Shown: in pieces, positions 37,401 through 46,100 of the stretch | Layout: each line of letters opens with the position of its first letter | How positions within the stretch are numbered: position 1 is the stretch's first letter | Source: Lingula anatina | Lineage: Eukaryota; Animalia; Brachiopoda | Reading direction: 5' to 3' | DNA: 64,000 bases | Assembly: GCA_051362555.1 (NCBI GenBank) | Contig: CM120647.1 | Span: 2,294,001 to 2,358,000, forward strand | The notes under the pieces: generated by a model | Seen by the model: only the letters and a program-made list of their open reading frames with translations | Databases searched by the model: none | What the model was told of the DNA's origin: nothing | Made by a program: the position numbers and the translations under genes

Positions 37401-39148
37401 ATACTTGTGTTTATCTTTCCTCTATGCAGGCAATGGACAGTGTGTATCTTTGGACACGTGCTTGTGTTCTCCCGGCTGGCTGGGTGAACGCTGTGACGAG
37501 CCCGTCTGCAGTGATGTGGCCAACTGCTCTGGTAATGGAAGTTGCGTCTCACCTAACCAGTGTGAGTGTCTAGATGAATACGACGGCGTCGACTGTTCTA
37601 TTAGAATTGGTTCTAACTATCACAGCCCAGTGTTTGCATACAACTGGTACAATGGCACTGTGCCGGAAAATGCCCCACCAGGGACTATTATCGTGTTTCA
37701 AGAGAACATTACCATGATTAACGCGACAGACTTTGATACAGGGCGAAATGGCCAACTAGAGTATACTTTCTCTGGAAGCAACGGAGCGGAGCGGTTCTTC
37801 AACATGGACAGTGAGGGACAGTTATCAGTGGTAGCCAAACTGGACTACGACACTCTTCCGCAGGAGTTCATTATGACAGTAGTGGCATCTGACAAGGGCG
37901 TACCGCCCAAGAGTGCTGCTACCAAGGTCGCCATCATTGTCCAAGACGTCAACGATAACGCGCCAGTTTTTCAGTTGTTTGGTTTCCCAGATATTCCAGT
38001 GAATGCCAGCGGCGAGCTAGGACGCACGGTAGGACGGTTCCTGGCCACAGACAAAGACAGTGGGTCGTACGGAACGGTTCGACACTTTATAACCAACGAA
38101 AGCAACCCTGATGCTGTATTTGCTGTCAATGAAGCCACCGGAGAGCTGATTGTCGTCCGGTACCCAGTCCAGTATCGATATGACCTTACCATTTTGGCGG
38201 AGGATGGAGGAGAACCACCAAAGTCCGCCAAATTGCCTGTTGTTATTTCTGTCTACGGACACCTAGTTGAGGGGCAAAATGATACAGTCGTTGTGACCCC
38301 TACGACTAGCACCGTAGCATCCGTTTCCACGACCCTTGGGAGTTCTTCAACCACGGGCACCGCTGGTAAAGTGACAAATAGTGGGACAGTACCAACGCCG
38401 AAGACGACGACAACACAAGGTATGTTACAGTAGCTCAAAACAATGACCAAGTTAACACGTATGAACTGAATCCCGCTTTTATCTAAACGAACACAAACAC
38501 CTGATAAGAAGTTAGTAATTTCCACACCCGGTGATGTATAGGCTAATAGGGTAATTTTATAATAATACGTTTTTCAAATACGTTTTGCACGTATTACTAA
38601 TTCCTTAGTTATGCGTGCAATACCTGTATGTTTTCTGAACATATTCATGTATATTTACAAATAACCTATTTGGGGACACGCCAAGCTAAGAAAAAAGTAA
38701 AATAACCCCCAAAAAATGAAAAAAAAATAAAGAAGGTGAACCGAGGATGATGTACAGAAAAAGTAAACCGCAAGTAAATGAAACAAATTATATTCCCTTT
38801 ATTTCAGCCACTGTGGTAAAGTCCCCACAAGAACCATGGTACCAGACGGTGGGCTTCAAGGCCGGCGCAGGCGCAGTGGGTGGAGTGGTGGCACTGTGCC
38901 TTATTGCTGTTATTGCCTATCGCTGTGTCTGGGGACAGAAATATAATAAAGTCAGCTCAATGCCAGAGCACCCCCGTAGGTCGTCCCCCATGACGTACAC
39001 ACACCAGATGACATTTATCAAGGCAAACAATTACGTCACTGAAGGAGACATCGGCGACATTGAGGACATTAATGCCTCGGCGGATAATGAGAACGAGACT
39101 TCATTTCCACCTGGGAGACATGCATTTAGCAATCAGGCATTCACTTAG
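6255..39148 (+). CDS. Giant mosaic type-I membrane protein, ~4,420 aa in 43 coding exons: Bark/Anakonda-like SRCR/PbH1/CUB repeats + CBM14 + C-type lectin + EGF + PSI + VWD/C8 + EGF array + cadherin repeats + TM
   Basis: A manually joined GT(GC)-AG exon chain has consistent phases throughout and a total of 13,263 nt. Domains continue across introns, e.g. SRCR over exons 1-3 and VWD over exons 30-34. It starts with a signal peptide and ends with a single TM segment plus tail. Confidence 0.85.
7160..9570 (+). mobile_element. Decayed L1/Tx1-clade LINE ORF2 (endonuclease end, RT remnant, C-terminal zinc-binding region) in intron 1
   Basis: Frameshifted motifs in order: [66 protein letters not shown](DD)[49 protein letters not shown]. 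Many stops; boundaries are approximate. Confidence 0.9.
9904..10119 (+). CDS. Exon 2: SRCR domain core
   Basis: TTTCAG|; [11 protein letters not shown]...RMLGY...[26 protein letters not shown]; donor T|GTGAGT. Confidence 0.92.
12715..13262 (+). CDS. Exon 3: SRCR end plus parallel beta-helix repeats
   Basis: TTTCAG|; completes [11 protein letters not shown]; YWSGI; N/I/G-rich PbH1 rungs; donor CAG|GTAGGC. Confidence 0.9.
13516..13786 (+). CDS. Exon 4: CUB-like domain
   Basis: TATAG|; [11 protein letters not shown]...SGGSVLLSF...GMF; donor G|GTGAGT. Confidence 0.85.
13819..13992. repeat. Intronic diverged tandem duplication (~93-97-bp period)
   Basis: TGCCTCTTTT..AACA.ACAGAT...CTTGAATTTTACTTTACTAAT..AGATCCAAACAATT.TGAAGAAT occurs twice. 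Confidence 0.8.
14056..14092. repeat. (TA)n microsatellite
   Basis: Directly visible. Confidence 0.95.
14278..16659 (+). CDS. Exon 5 (2,382 nt): PbH1 repeats, G8-like module 2, divergent SRCR, CUB-like
   Basis: TTTACAG|; 795-aa ORF; NYWGT; LGGRI..PYTV...[18 protein letters not shown]; [14 protein letters not shown]; donor AAAG|GTAAGC. Confidence 0.92.
17368..19359 (+). CDS. Exon 6 (1,992 nt): PbH1 repeats, G8-like module 3, CUB-like
   Basis: TTTTCAG|; 658-aa ORF; YNMWG; LGGWL..GSPFY...VEPGV; YWQGL; [14 protein letters not shown]; donor CAG|GTAAGA. Confidence 0.92.
19545..20390 (+). CDS. Exon 7: PbH1 repeats ending in an NWWG motif
   Basis: TTTCAG|; Asn-ladder rungs; VNASSNWWG; donor CAG|GTGAAA. 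Confidence 0.9.
20807..21010 (+). CDS. Exon 8: chitin-binding type-2 (CBM14/peritrophin-A) domain
   Basis: TTTCAG|; translates [47 protein letters not shown] (6 Cys plus YY and W); donor G|GTAGGT; phase 1-1. Confidence 0.85.
21217..21311 (+). CDS. Exon 9: C-type lectin domain start
   Basis: CCAG|; [32 protein letters not shown]; donor GAG|GTATTC. Confidence 0.88.
21467..21589 (+). CDS. Exon 10: C-type lectin middle
   Basis: AAG|; [22 protein letters not shown]...GIW; donor AAG|GTATGG. Confidence 0.78.
21770..21878 (+). CDS. Exon 11: C-type lectin end
   Basis: TTCCAG|; KCPLF...[14 protein letters not shown]; donor CAG|GTAATA. Confidence 0.85.
22110..22291 (+). CDS. Exon 12: two EGF-like repeats
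   Basis: [11 protein letters not shown]...[12 protein letters not shown]; [20 protein letters not shown]; donor CAG|GTAAAC. Confidence 0.92.
22554..22757 (+). CDS. Exon 13: PSI (plexin-semaphorin-integrin) domain
   Basis: CATAG|; [28 protein letters not shown]; probable GC donor GAG|GCATGT, so the 3' end is less certain. Confidence 0.82.
23110..23211 (+). CDS. Exon 14: Cys-rich segment
   Basis: TTCAG|; [34 protein letters not shown]; donor GAT|GTAAAT. Confidence 0.78.
23487..23661 (+). CDS. Exon 15: uncharacterised region
   Basis: TTAG|; [16 protein letters not shown]...FYVCP; donor AG|GTAAGC. Confidence 0.78.
24067..24183 (+). CDS. Exon 16: uncharacterised region
   Basis: GACAG|; HSILVT...[14 protein letters not shown]; donor G|GTGAGT. 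Confidence 0.8.
24982..25179 (+). CDS. Exon 17: uncharacterised region
   Basis: TTTAG|; [12 protein letters not shown]; donor AAG|GTGAAG. Confidence 0.8.
25364..25595 (+). CDS. Exon 18: uncharacterised region
   Basis: TTTCAG|; VFKCLGHWY...[15 protein letters not shown]; donor AG|GTGAAT, phase 2. Confidence 0.8.
25979..26147 (+). CDS. Exon 19: uncharacterised region
   Basis: TTTTCTAG| (phase 2); MYCHGG...[16 protein letters not shown]; donor CAG|GTAAAC. Confidence 0.78.
26401..26583 (+). CDS. Exon 20: uncharacterised region
   Basis: TTCAG|; [17 protein letters not shown]; donor GAG|GTAATA. Confidence 0.75.
26917..27083 (+). CDS. Exon 21: uncharacterised beta-rich region
   Basis: TATAG|; [26 protein letters not shown]...; donor AG|GTGTGG, phase 2. 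Confidence 0.72.
27376..27520 (+). CDS. Exon 22: uncharacterised region
   Basis: TTACAG|; [17 protein letters not shown]; donor CAG|GTAAGT. Confidence 0.8.
27796..27897 (+). CDS. Exon 23: uncharacterised region
   Basis: TTTCAG|; [24 protein letters not shown]; donor GCT|GTAAGT. Confidence 0.72.
28462..28630 (+). CDS. Exon 24: uncharacterised region
   Basis: TTCCAG|; [16 protein letters not shown]; donor AG|GTAAGT. Confidence 0.8.
29109..29352 (+). CDS. Exon 25: uncharacterised region
   Basis: TTTCAG|; TCSKICSG; donor GC|GTAAGT, phase 2. Confidence 0.78.
29606..29690 (+). CDS. Exon 26: Cys-rich repeat
   Basis: TACAG| phase 2; [28 protein letters not shown]; donor GAG|GTGATT. Confidence 0.78.
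29970..30110 (+). CDS. Exon 27: Cys-rich repeats
   Basis: GACAG|; [10 protein letters not shown]...[17 protein letters not shown]; donor GAG|GTGCGG. Confidence 0.82.
30428..30561 (+). CDS. Exon 28: Cys-rich repeats
   Basis: TTCTAG|; [42 protein letters not shown]; donor AT|GTGAGT. Confidence 0.85.
30748..30920 (+). CDS. Exon 29: Cys-rich/EGF-like segment
   Basis: TACAG|; [19 protein letters not shown]...[15 protein letters not shown]; donor AAG|GTGAAT. Confidence 0.85.
31170..31313 (+). CDS. Exon 30: EGF-like repeat plus VWD start (GDPH)
   Basis: TTTCAG|; ECFGNGVC...[30 protein letters not shown]; donor G|GTGGGT. Confidence 0.9.
31638..31833 (+). CDS. Exon 31: VWD domain
   Basis: CTAAG|; (D)[13 protein letters not shown]...FGVQVRF...AAAVKVG; donor AG|GTGAAT. 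Confidence 0.88.
32129..32268 (+). CDS. Exon 32: VWD domain
   Basis: CTCAG|; RIDG...IQYDT; donor G|GTATGT. Confidence 0.85.
32518..32718 (+). CDS. Exon 33: VWD C-terminus
   Basis: CTTAG|; [25 protein letters not shown]...EFVES; donor T|GTGAGT. Confidence 0.92.
32954..33114 (+). CDS. Exon 34: post-VWD linker
   Basis: CACAG|; completes FVES-WRI; donor AAG|GTCAGT. Confidence 0.85.
33572..33689 (+). CDS. Exon 35: C8-like segment
   Basis: CCAG|; AAETVC...[12 protein letters not shown]; donor A|GTGAGT. Confidence 0.85.
33847..33891. repeat. (AT)n microsatellite
   Basis: Directly visible. Confidence 0.95.
34150..34239 (+). CDS. Exon 36: tenascin-type EGF
   Basis: CCAG|; [28 protein letters not shown]; donor AG|GTAGGT. 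Confidence 0.9.
34421..34456. repeat. (AAT)n microsatellite
   Basis: Directly visible. Confidence 0.95.
34533..34622 (+). CDS. Exon 37: tenascin-type EGF
   Basis: Perfect TACTAAC branch point at 34501; TACAG|; [26 protein letters not shown]; donor AG|GTAACT. Confidence 0.9.
35105..35194 (+). CDS. Exon 38: EGF
   Basis: CCAG|; [28 protein letters not shown]; donor G|GTATGT. Confidence 0.88.
35143..35266 (+). repeat. Tandem duplication (67-nt period) of the 3' part of exon 38 including its donor site
   Basis: CACGG(T/C)GTGTGTTACA(A/G)GACCAACAGGTGT..(C/G)TGTCTACCAGGATTTGTGGGTATG at 35143 and again at 35210. Confidence 0.9.
35958..36110 (+). CDS. Exon 39: EGF repeats
   Basis: TTCAG|; [24 protein letters not shown]; donor CAG|GTGTGT. 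Confidence 0.92.
36143..36266. repeat. Perfect 59-bp intronic tandem duplication
   Basis: GTTTTTACGTGAAAAAGGGGATGAATTTGAGAAAGTACACAAAAATAGAAATACAAAAC x2. Confidence 0.92.
36399..36657 (+). CDS. Exon 40: EGF repeats
   Basis: TTCCAG|; [21 protein letters not shown]...[12 protein letters not shown]; donor AG|GTATGG. Confidence 0.92.
36967..37136 (+). CDS. Exon 41: EGF repeats
   Basis: AACAG|; [10 protein letters not shown]...[24 protein letters not shown]; donor G|GTAAAC. Confidence 0.92.
37430..38419 (+). CDS. Exon 42: EGF repeats, two cadherin repeats, Ser/Thr-rich stalk
   Basis: TGCAG|; cadherin motifs [37 protein letters not shown]; T/S-rich end; donor AAG|GTATGT. Confidence 0.93.
38808..39148 (+). 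CDS. Exon 43: transmembrane helix and cytoplasmic tail
   Basis: TTTCAG|; [19 protein letters not shown] followed by RCVWGQK; ends FSNQAFT-TAG. Confidence 0.88.
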
Positions 39149-39353
39149 ACATTGTTTTATTTTCTTAGATATTATAAACAATGCTTTTAGATGCATGAAC
39201 TAAAGCCGTAAGTGCTGATGACGATACATGGGATATCTGATCTGTACCGGCTTTGATTTTGACATATGAATGTTAGATGCACAGATCCAAGAAAACTAGA
39301 AAAAATTATTTGGAAATGAAATGAATGTTTTTATTATTACGGTGCTTCAAGAT

Positions 39354-39359
39354 AATAAA
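39354..39359 (+). promoter_or_regulatory. Candidate polyadenylation signal
   Basis: First AATAAA, ~205 nt after the stop codon. The AT-rich context makes a chance hit possible. Confidence 0.45.
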
Positions 39360-40104
39360 ATTGTGACAAAAAAAGAACAACAACTGATTAAAATGACCAG
39401 AAAGGTTTCAAATATCAACTTTACTTTACAAAGAATGCGACGAAGAAGACCATTGATATTTTGAATATGTTCTACACATGCCATTTTAATCCTGAGAAAT
39501 TAATGGTAGTCAAAATTAGGAATTATTCTGATTATTAATTCGTCATAATATATATATTAAGGAAGAAACGCTGCTAGTTTATTGGCGGCTTGCTGCAATG
39601 TGATATGGTTCGATCACGGAACAACAAGAATTGTTCATGCGTTATTATCAGTTATATACGGGACCAACTGACATTTATCATTTAAATTTATTAATAGTGA
39701 AATTTTTTCCAAGTAGTTTTTTTTTTCAAAAAGCGTAAAACCCCACTGGTACTGTTTTTGTATCATATTACCTGCTGCTTGTTCAGCGAGTTCGCACAAT
39801 GAAAGTCATTGGTTGTTGATTGAAAAATCAAATAAATAATTCACTTCGTGCAAGCAAAATATGTCCTTCGCTTGCGTTATAATGCTTAACCTCGAATAAC
39901 ATTTGAAAACCCCCTTAGTGATAATTCCCTACACTCAAACATGGCAAACTTATTGCATGGCAGTGGTAGATTGTCATAGATCCCTCTGAAAATAAAGTTC
40001 TAAATAACCAAATACAATACAATGCTAATCATTCTGTAGTATTTTAGTGAGAATTGCCTTAATTTATTATAAACAGCAGACGGCACAACCCTGTTACTTA
40101 AAAT

Positions 40105-40877
40105 TAAGTCCCCTTAAAGTCTAGGTCCCAACTACGTTTTGGACGCACGGTTTTTAGGTTCCTTGCGTCCGTCTAGGACGTAGCTAGATCGCAGGGAAGA
40201 AATCAAGTAAAGCCTAGGCCCCAACCGAACGTACGGGCTGCTACGTGTGGTCAACGGCCAAAAATTGGGGAAAACGTGGGAGTTCGTGCGTGAGGAGCAC
40301 GTCCATCGTGCGACTTTTGGAGGACGCAAACTTTTCTACATGATCAACAGCCGCTACGTGCGATCTAGGTACGTCCTAGCCGGGCGCAAGGATCCAAAAA
40401 ACCGTGCGTCCAAAACGCAGTAGGGACCTAGGCTTTACAGTGGACGGCGTCATTTCTACGTCCCTTCTACAATTAATAATGTGGTCAAGAAGCTCAATTG
40501 TCGCCAAAGCAATTAAATCGTGTCCCAGTGTAAATGCTTCTTCGTCCCTGTGTGCCTTCTTTGAACGACCGAATGTAGGTTTTACTGGTAAAACAGCGAG
40601 CGACCTGTGCGTCCACTGGGCTACCCGCCTGCCTACCCTGTGCGTCCCCTGCACAACCTACAGGGTTCAAGGGTTCATTACGAACCCTTCATAACGCACT
40701 CTGTACCTTTATCGGTGTGTGGTGGCTATCATTCTAAGAACTTTCTGCCTCCTGCTAGACCGATAGACGATGCTTGAACGTTCTGTGTGCGATGTAAGCG
40801 ATCACAGTGTGTGCTTTGAGCGTCCAACGGCAACCTGGCAAGTTTCATGGTCGCTGTCCAGTGTAAAGAGGGTTTTA
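40105..40877. mobile_element. Non-autonomous TIR element hosting a nested MITE
   Basis: Removing the inner MITE restores a left end TAAGTCCCCTTACAGTTGGACGGCG. This resembles the reverse complement of the right end, TAAAACCCTCTTTACACTGGACAGCGA. Confidence 0.55.
40117..40435. mobile_element. MITE with ~75-bp TIRs and TA target-site duplication
   Basis: AAGTCTAGGTCCCAACTACGTTTTGGACGCACGGTTTTT...CTAGATCGCA versus the reverse complement of the right end, AAGCCTAGGTCCCTACTGCGTTTTGGACGCACGGTTTTT...CTAGATCGCA. TA on both flanks. Confidence 0.88.
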
Positions 40878-41432
40878 CTCCCAAGATCAATTAACAATAT
40901 TGCAGATGTACATGTATAACTGACGATTTACGAAATCCCCAGACTTCGCTTCCATAGTTCAGGTTCGGTAAAACATATGCATCAAAGAGAAAAAGTTCAG
41001 TTTCTACATTTGAGAGTACGTCTCTACTGATATTTTTACTAACAAAATGGCCTTACTTCCCTGATCAGCTATGGCTTTCTGTGTGGTGAGGAACTTTCCA
41101 TTGTGATTTAATAATAACCCTAGGTACGGAAAACTATTGGTTATCTTGATATTTACTGTGCAGAGAACAACTCAAGACAACGCTACTAATTCACTGATAT
41201 CTTTTATTTGAATCCGACTCAGTCGCCCACTCAGCCGAATATAGCTTTTTTGTGGCCGCGTTTGCCTCGAGTGCAATGAACTCTTCTTAATGTAATTAAT
41301 ATCTTATATAATGAGTTACACTCGATTGATCTAAAGTGCCAGGCACATATCTATTTATTGTATTATTATTATTATATCTGAAATAATATGGAAAAAATAT
41401 AATAGATTTCAAGTAAAAATGCTGTCTAAGAA

Positions 41433-41486
41433 CAGTGGCGGATTTAGGGGGGGGGGGTCAGATGGGTCCTGACCCCCCCCCCCCCC
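41433..41486 (+). mobile_element. Solo hAT-like terminus (CAGTGGCGGATTTAG) with a G/C hairpin
   Basis: CAGTGGCGGATTTAG(G)nTCAG..CTGA(C)n. I saw no partner end. Confidence 0.45.
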
Positions 41487-41874
41487 ACAATTTCTCGAGA
41501 TGGATAAGGTCCAAGCATGAGTAATTCGGAAAATTTTTTAAATATTTTAAATTTAAAACAAGTCTCACTGAAATTATTAAATTAGGAAATATTGAATAGC
41601 GTTTTGTAATATGAGAATGCAAAATTCTTTAAGAAAATAGAATATAAATATTTGTAGATTATGTGAAAAAGAGAGTCGATGAATAAACATTAGAAAGCTC
41701 CAGACTGTTGTCGTCATTTCTCACTATAACATGACTATTTATCTAGAGACATCTGCGAGTATCTGTGAAAAAACAATCTGTCGACTGGTAGAGGGTACCA
41801 TGACAGCAGCTACAGTACATAAGAACTTCTCAGAATTCTCTGTTCTCAACAATTTCTTTCATAAAAATTTACAG

Positions 41875-42420
41875 ATTTTGTAAAAAGAGGAAGAACGATT
41901 ATATTTCCTAGGGGATAATGTTTGCAAATAACAGGAACAAACTGTTACAGATATTCTTGAAAGACTGCCCCTTGTGACAGAAAAAAAAAAACAAAGAATG
42001 AAGCCATGTACAGATGTAGGTGTAAATAATAAGAACACTTTTCAAGAATTAATTTTGTCAGTATTGAATACCATGTACAAAGGAATGTGGAAACATCACC
42101 CCTCCACTCCCGCTCAGTGTAGAAAGACACAATAGGGAGGAAAATATGGGGTGGTGGAGCTAGGTGGCATCTTCAAGACAACATTACTTGAAGAAATTCC
42201 GGAATGAATGCATAGTGAAACTTCTTTTAATTTTTTAAAGATTTTCAAAAAAAAGGAAGAAAGATTATATTTCCTGAGAGGAAATGCTTTCAAATAACAG
42301 GAACAAACTAGACCGTTACAGATGTATTCTTGAGTTTCTTGTGACAGGAAAAAGAATAAAGTCATGTTAATGAAAGTAATAAAGAACAATTTTCAATAAT
42401 TAATTTTAACAGTACTTACT
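41875..42420. repeat. Diverged local duplication (~365-bp offset)
   Basis: AGGAAGAA.GATTATATTTCCT...CAAATAACAGGAACAAACT..GTTACAGAT...TTGTGACAG...AAGAACA.TTTTCAA.AATTAATTTT occurs at ~41875-42070 and ~42240-42420. Confidence 0.75.
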
Positions 42421-43097
42421 AAGTTTGAAAAGATTAAAAACTTTATAAAGTACATTTTATTTACTGCCATTTCTTATATATGCCGATAATTTGAATGTAT
42501 GCACCAGTGATAAGACTGAAAAAAACTAGGCAACTTTGTAGGAGAGAAATTGCTGAACGGTCGAGCGATGTGAGGTACGCACGCAACTTCCCACGCACAG
42601 CAAACAACATGGTACGGAAAAAATAACAAATAAGATAAAATAATGGGTAAAAACTGAGCTTTAGAAATGGGAATTTTCATAATTTCACCTTAAGGGATGG
42701 ATTAAGACGACCAAAACCTCAGATTTTTTTGTCTCTGCGTCTGCTTGTCCCTATCATAATTGACGTTTGTTTATATAACCCGTCAATCAAGCAGTTATTC
42801 CTTGATGGGATCTGCCAAAACTCAATGATTTAATTGGCACGTTGTCAATCAAATGGTGAAGGAAGCTGGAACTTTGCATGATCGACAACTGTAGTTATCA
42901 ACAACGTAATGATTGTGATTGACGTTTGTTTATAAAACTGTCAATCAAAGTCGTGTGCTTTTGGCAGCTTCCGTCAAAATTAAAGCGTATGAGTTTGATT
43001 GGCACCTGTCTATCACAACACTTTTGTTACCTTTAGTTAGTAGAAAGCAAAGTACATTTTTCCATGCAGCTCTATTAACTATACCAGTCCTGATAGG

Positions 43098-43140
43098 TAC
43101 GTCTTGACAGATACGTCTTGACAGATACGTCTTGACAGAT
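43098..43140. repeat. 14-bp minisatellite x3
   Basis: TACGTCTTGACAGA x3. Confidence 0.9.
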
Positions 43141-46100
43141 AACGGGACCCGATACTTCTATGTCGCCGTACCTATAAACCCATTTACCGATAAATGCACG
43201 TGCCGATAGAATAATTAGACTAGAGTCTGCTTTTGAAAATACCACCTATCTAATGGTGGCACCTTATTCATTTTTAATCAATTAAAATTATTTCTTGTAA
43301 TTAAACATCTATGATCATTACCTGAGGGCCATGGGGAAGACAAAAAATTAATTTATCCTCAATAACTATTTTTTATAAATAAATAAATAAAAACTTAGCT
43401 TTGTTATTTATTATAAAAAGCATTATATTTACCCCGCGACCTTGAATTTTGATACGGATTACCGTACAAACCTTGACAGCGTTGCTAGCTCTCAAATGTT
43501 ACTTCATTCTTCAGTAAGACTTGTGCTGTGTGAAAAATAAACATACGGAGACATTTGCGCCCAAATATATACTAAGCTCCATAAAAACATGTAATTTGAT
43601 CATATAAATTTTGAAAGTTCCCTTTCAGAAAATACGTCCTTACTCTGAAATACTGGTAAAGACTGAGAACATGCGTTTTTCAGGCGTCTGGACTGGTTGT
43701 TTAATTTGGTGCATGGGGGAGGGGGTAATATCTTCAACTTTGTAAAAGTGATTTTCTAAGAGTAGGTAGTTGTAGCTGAAGTTTCGATGCAAAGGTAATT
43801 GAAACATTTGGCAGTATTGTTCGTATGCTAGTTTTCACAGCCCCATACGAGGCTTCCATTGGGTATTTTCCTTACCCTTGAAAGCCATTATTCACTTCCC
43901 AAGATGCGTGAAACGTTCAATTTATTTAGCGTGAAGCACCCCATTCCTGTGACTCGTACATGCGGCTTTTTACTCTCCGTTATTCGTGAAAGAAAGTCGT
44001 TATATTTCTGCACGGTGATTCGTGATTTTTGACGCGCATTTTCAGTGAAATCTGAATAAAGTTTTATTTACTGTGTTTTGTGAATTGATAATTTTATTTC
44101 CCGTGAATTGTGATCACCCACCCTTCAATGGTACCCTCTCTGGGCTGTATCCTCCCAAGGAAGGTGAGAACATTTACACCTAGTCTGAGTCAGTATTAGT
44201 TTTTTTATGTACTTTATAAAACACATCTGTTAAGTCAATCCTAGCTGTGACAGCTTTAGTTAACTAAGCTGTACTCACTCTAGGTCCTAATGAACGCTGT
44301 CACTAATTTTAACTTTCTATACAAATCGGGTAAACAAAAAACGCATCTTGTCTTCTCTAACACAATCGGTAGAGATGACTTTTTTTTGGGGGGGGGGGGG
44401 GTGAAACATAGCCAAATAATTTGATATCAAACTTAATGGTTGATAAGATGTTATTATTTTTGCCATTGTGGTGGTAGAAAGCCAAAATCACCATCCCGGT
44501 ATTAGGACCCCTTGTGCCATATCAAATAATAAACACAAGTTTAAATCGAAACTTGCGTTCAAAAAGAGGGTGCCCTGTACATTGTTATGTAATACAGGTG
44601 AGCATTTCGGTGAGAGGTGTTCAGGTAGGACCAAGGTCAGTAGAAGATGGAGAAGACAGAGGTTCTTGGTACGTTGCTGCAATTTCCACATGTAGGCCAT
44701 AAATTTAGCACAGAAAATGACAGGAAGCTGCCGTAGTATTGTATAGGTGATACAAGATAATGCTGTGTATTTTGTGTAGACGATGTTTGCCCAAATGATG
44801 CATTTCGAACAGGGATATTTTAGTCCTTATAGCTGTGGGAACATTACACTTATGTCCAATACACTCTCCATTAGAATTTCAAAATCAGCTCAAAGTTTGA
44901 ATGGTTTATTTTCTGTAATTTCAGAGAAGGAATGCACTTGTCAATGAGGAAGTGAGGGGCTTATTGCAGCTGTCCAAAGGTCTGAACAATTCCTCAACAA
45001 GTAAGACGACTGGGTAGGTATCTACATTCTCCTAACTGTTTTATTGGCGAGGTCACTGGCCTGTTTTTATAGTATCAAAAATATCTGGTTTATAAAAGTA
45101 AACTTGATACAGACAAGTGCACATTCATTAATAAGATGTTGAACTATTGTGTCACTGCATTCCTGGAAACGACGGGCCAGGTGGGTGGGGGGGGGGGGGG
45201 GGGGTACAGTTTCCTTTCCCTAGTTTAAGAGGTATCCCGTCTCCTTCACAAAACCACAAATCAAAACAAGAACAAGAACAAATCAAAAGCGCAAAAATTG
45301 TGCATGGCACGAAACTAGACAAAATCCAGCTAATGTATCGCCCCCTCCCCCTGAAAACCCTGGCTTGGTCAGTGAAAAAGTGCCAAAATAATGTCTTTTT
45401 TAAGATCCTGTCAATTTTATACTAATTGGACCCATCTGCCAAATGTTTTCATTCACTGACTTTCATTTCCGTGAATATCTCCGTAATCCGGGCACCTGGT
45501 CCTTTCATATGACATCTTACGTAAAGAAGTGTTGTCATTAAACAGTGTGCACAGGATAGAAAAGAATAGGAATGGCACAATAGTGTTTTGTTAACATAAT
45601 TTCATGTGTTCCAAAATAGCATGCTGTAAAGATATACACATACTGCTTCATCAAAATGTGTCGTGAATGTGATTTTCTTCGTTTATTTCAGTGGCTCCCA
45701 ACTTCTGTTTACCGGGTAATTGGATGCATCGCCGATCAAAGACATCAGATTCATGTTGGACATCGCCGGCGCCCATGCCAAAATTGTCTCGCTTGTTGAA
45801 GTTTTTCTTGTAGTTTATTTGCAGGGTAGACATTTGATATGAAATGTAATCTTTGTCTTGGATAGTAAGATTCTGCATAAAATGTGTATCAAATTAATTG
45901 TTGCACGCAGCAAGAATTTTTAACGAAACTTCTGATGAGAGAAAAAGAAAGAAATGGATGGCGTCGACCCTGCATGTCGCTGGTTATATATTATAGATTT
46001 ATTTCCGAATCGTAGTACACCACTCTATCCGCTCATATCGTTTCAAGGTATTTTATTTATTATGTATATTTATTATTATGTCGGAAGTAAGTGCCCATCA

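Noticed and set aside
41791-44137. GAGGGTACCA...TGGTACCCTC pair as the ends of one Sola-like transposon
   Set aside because: There is only a ~11-bp inverted match over 2.3 kb and no matching target-site duplication.
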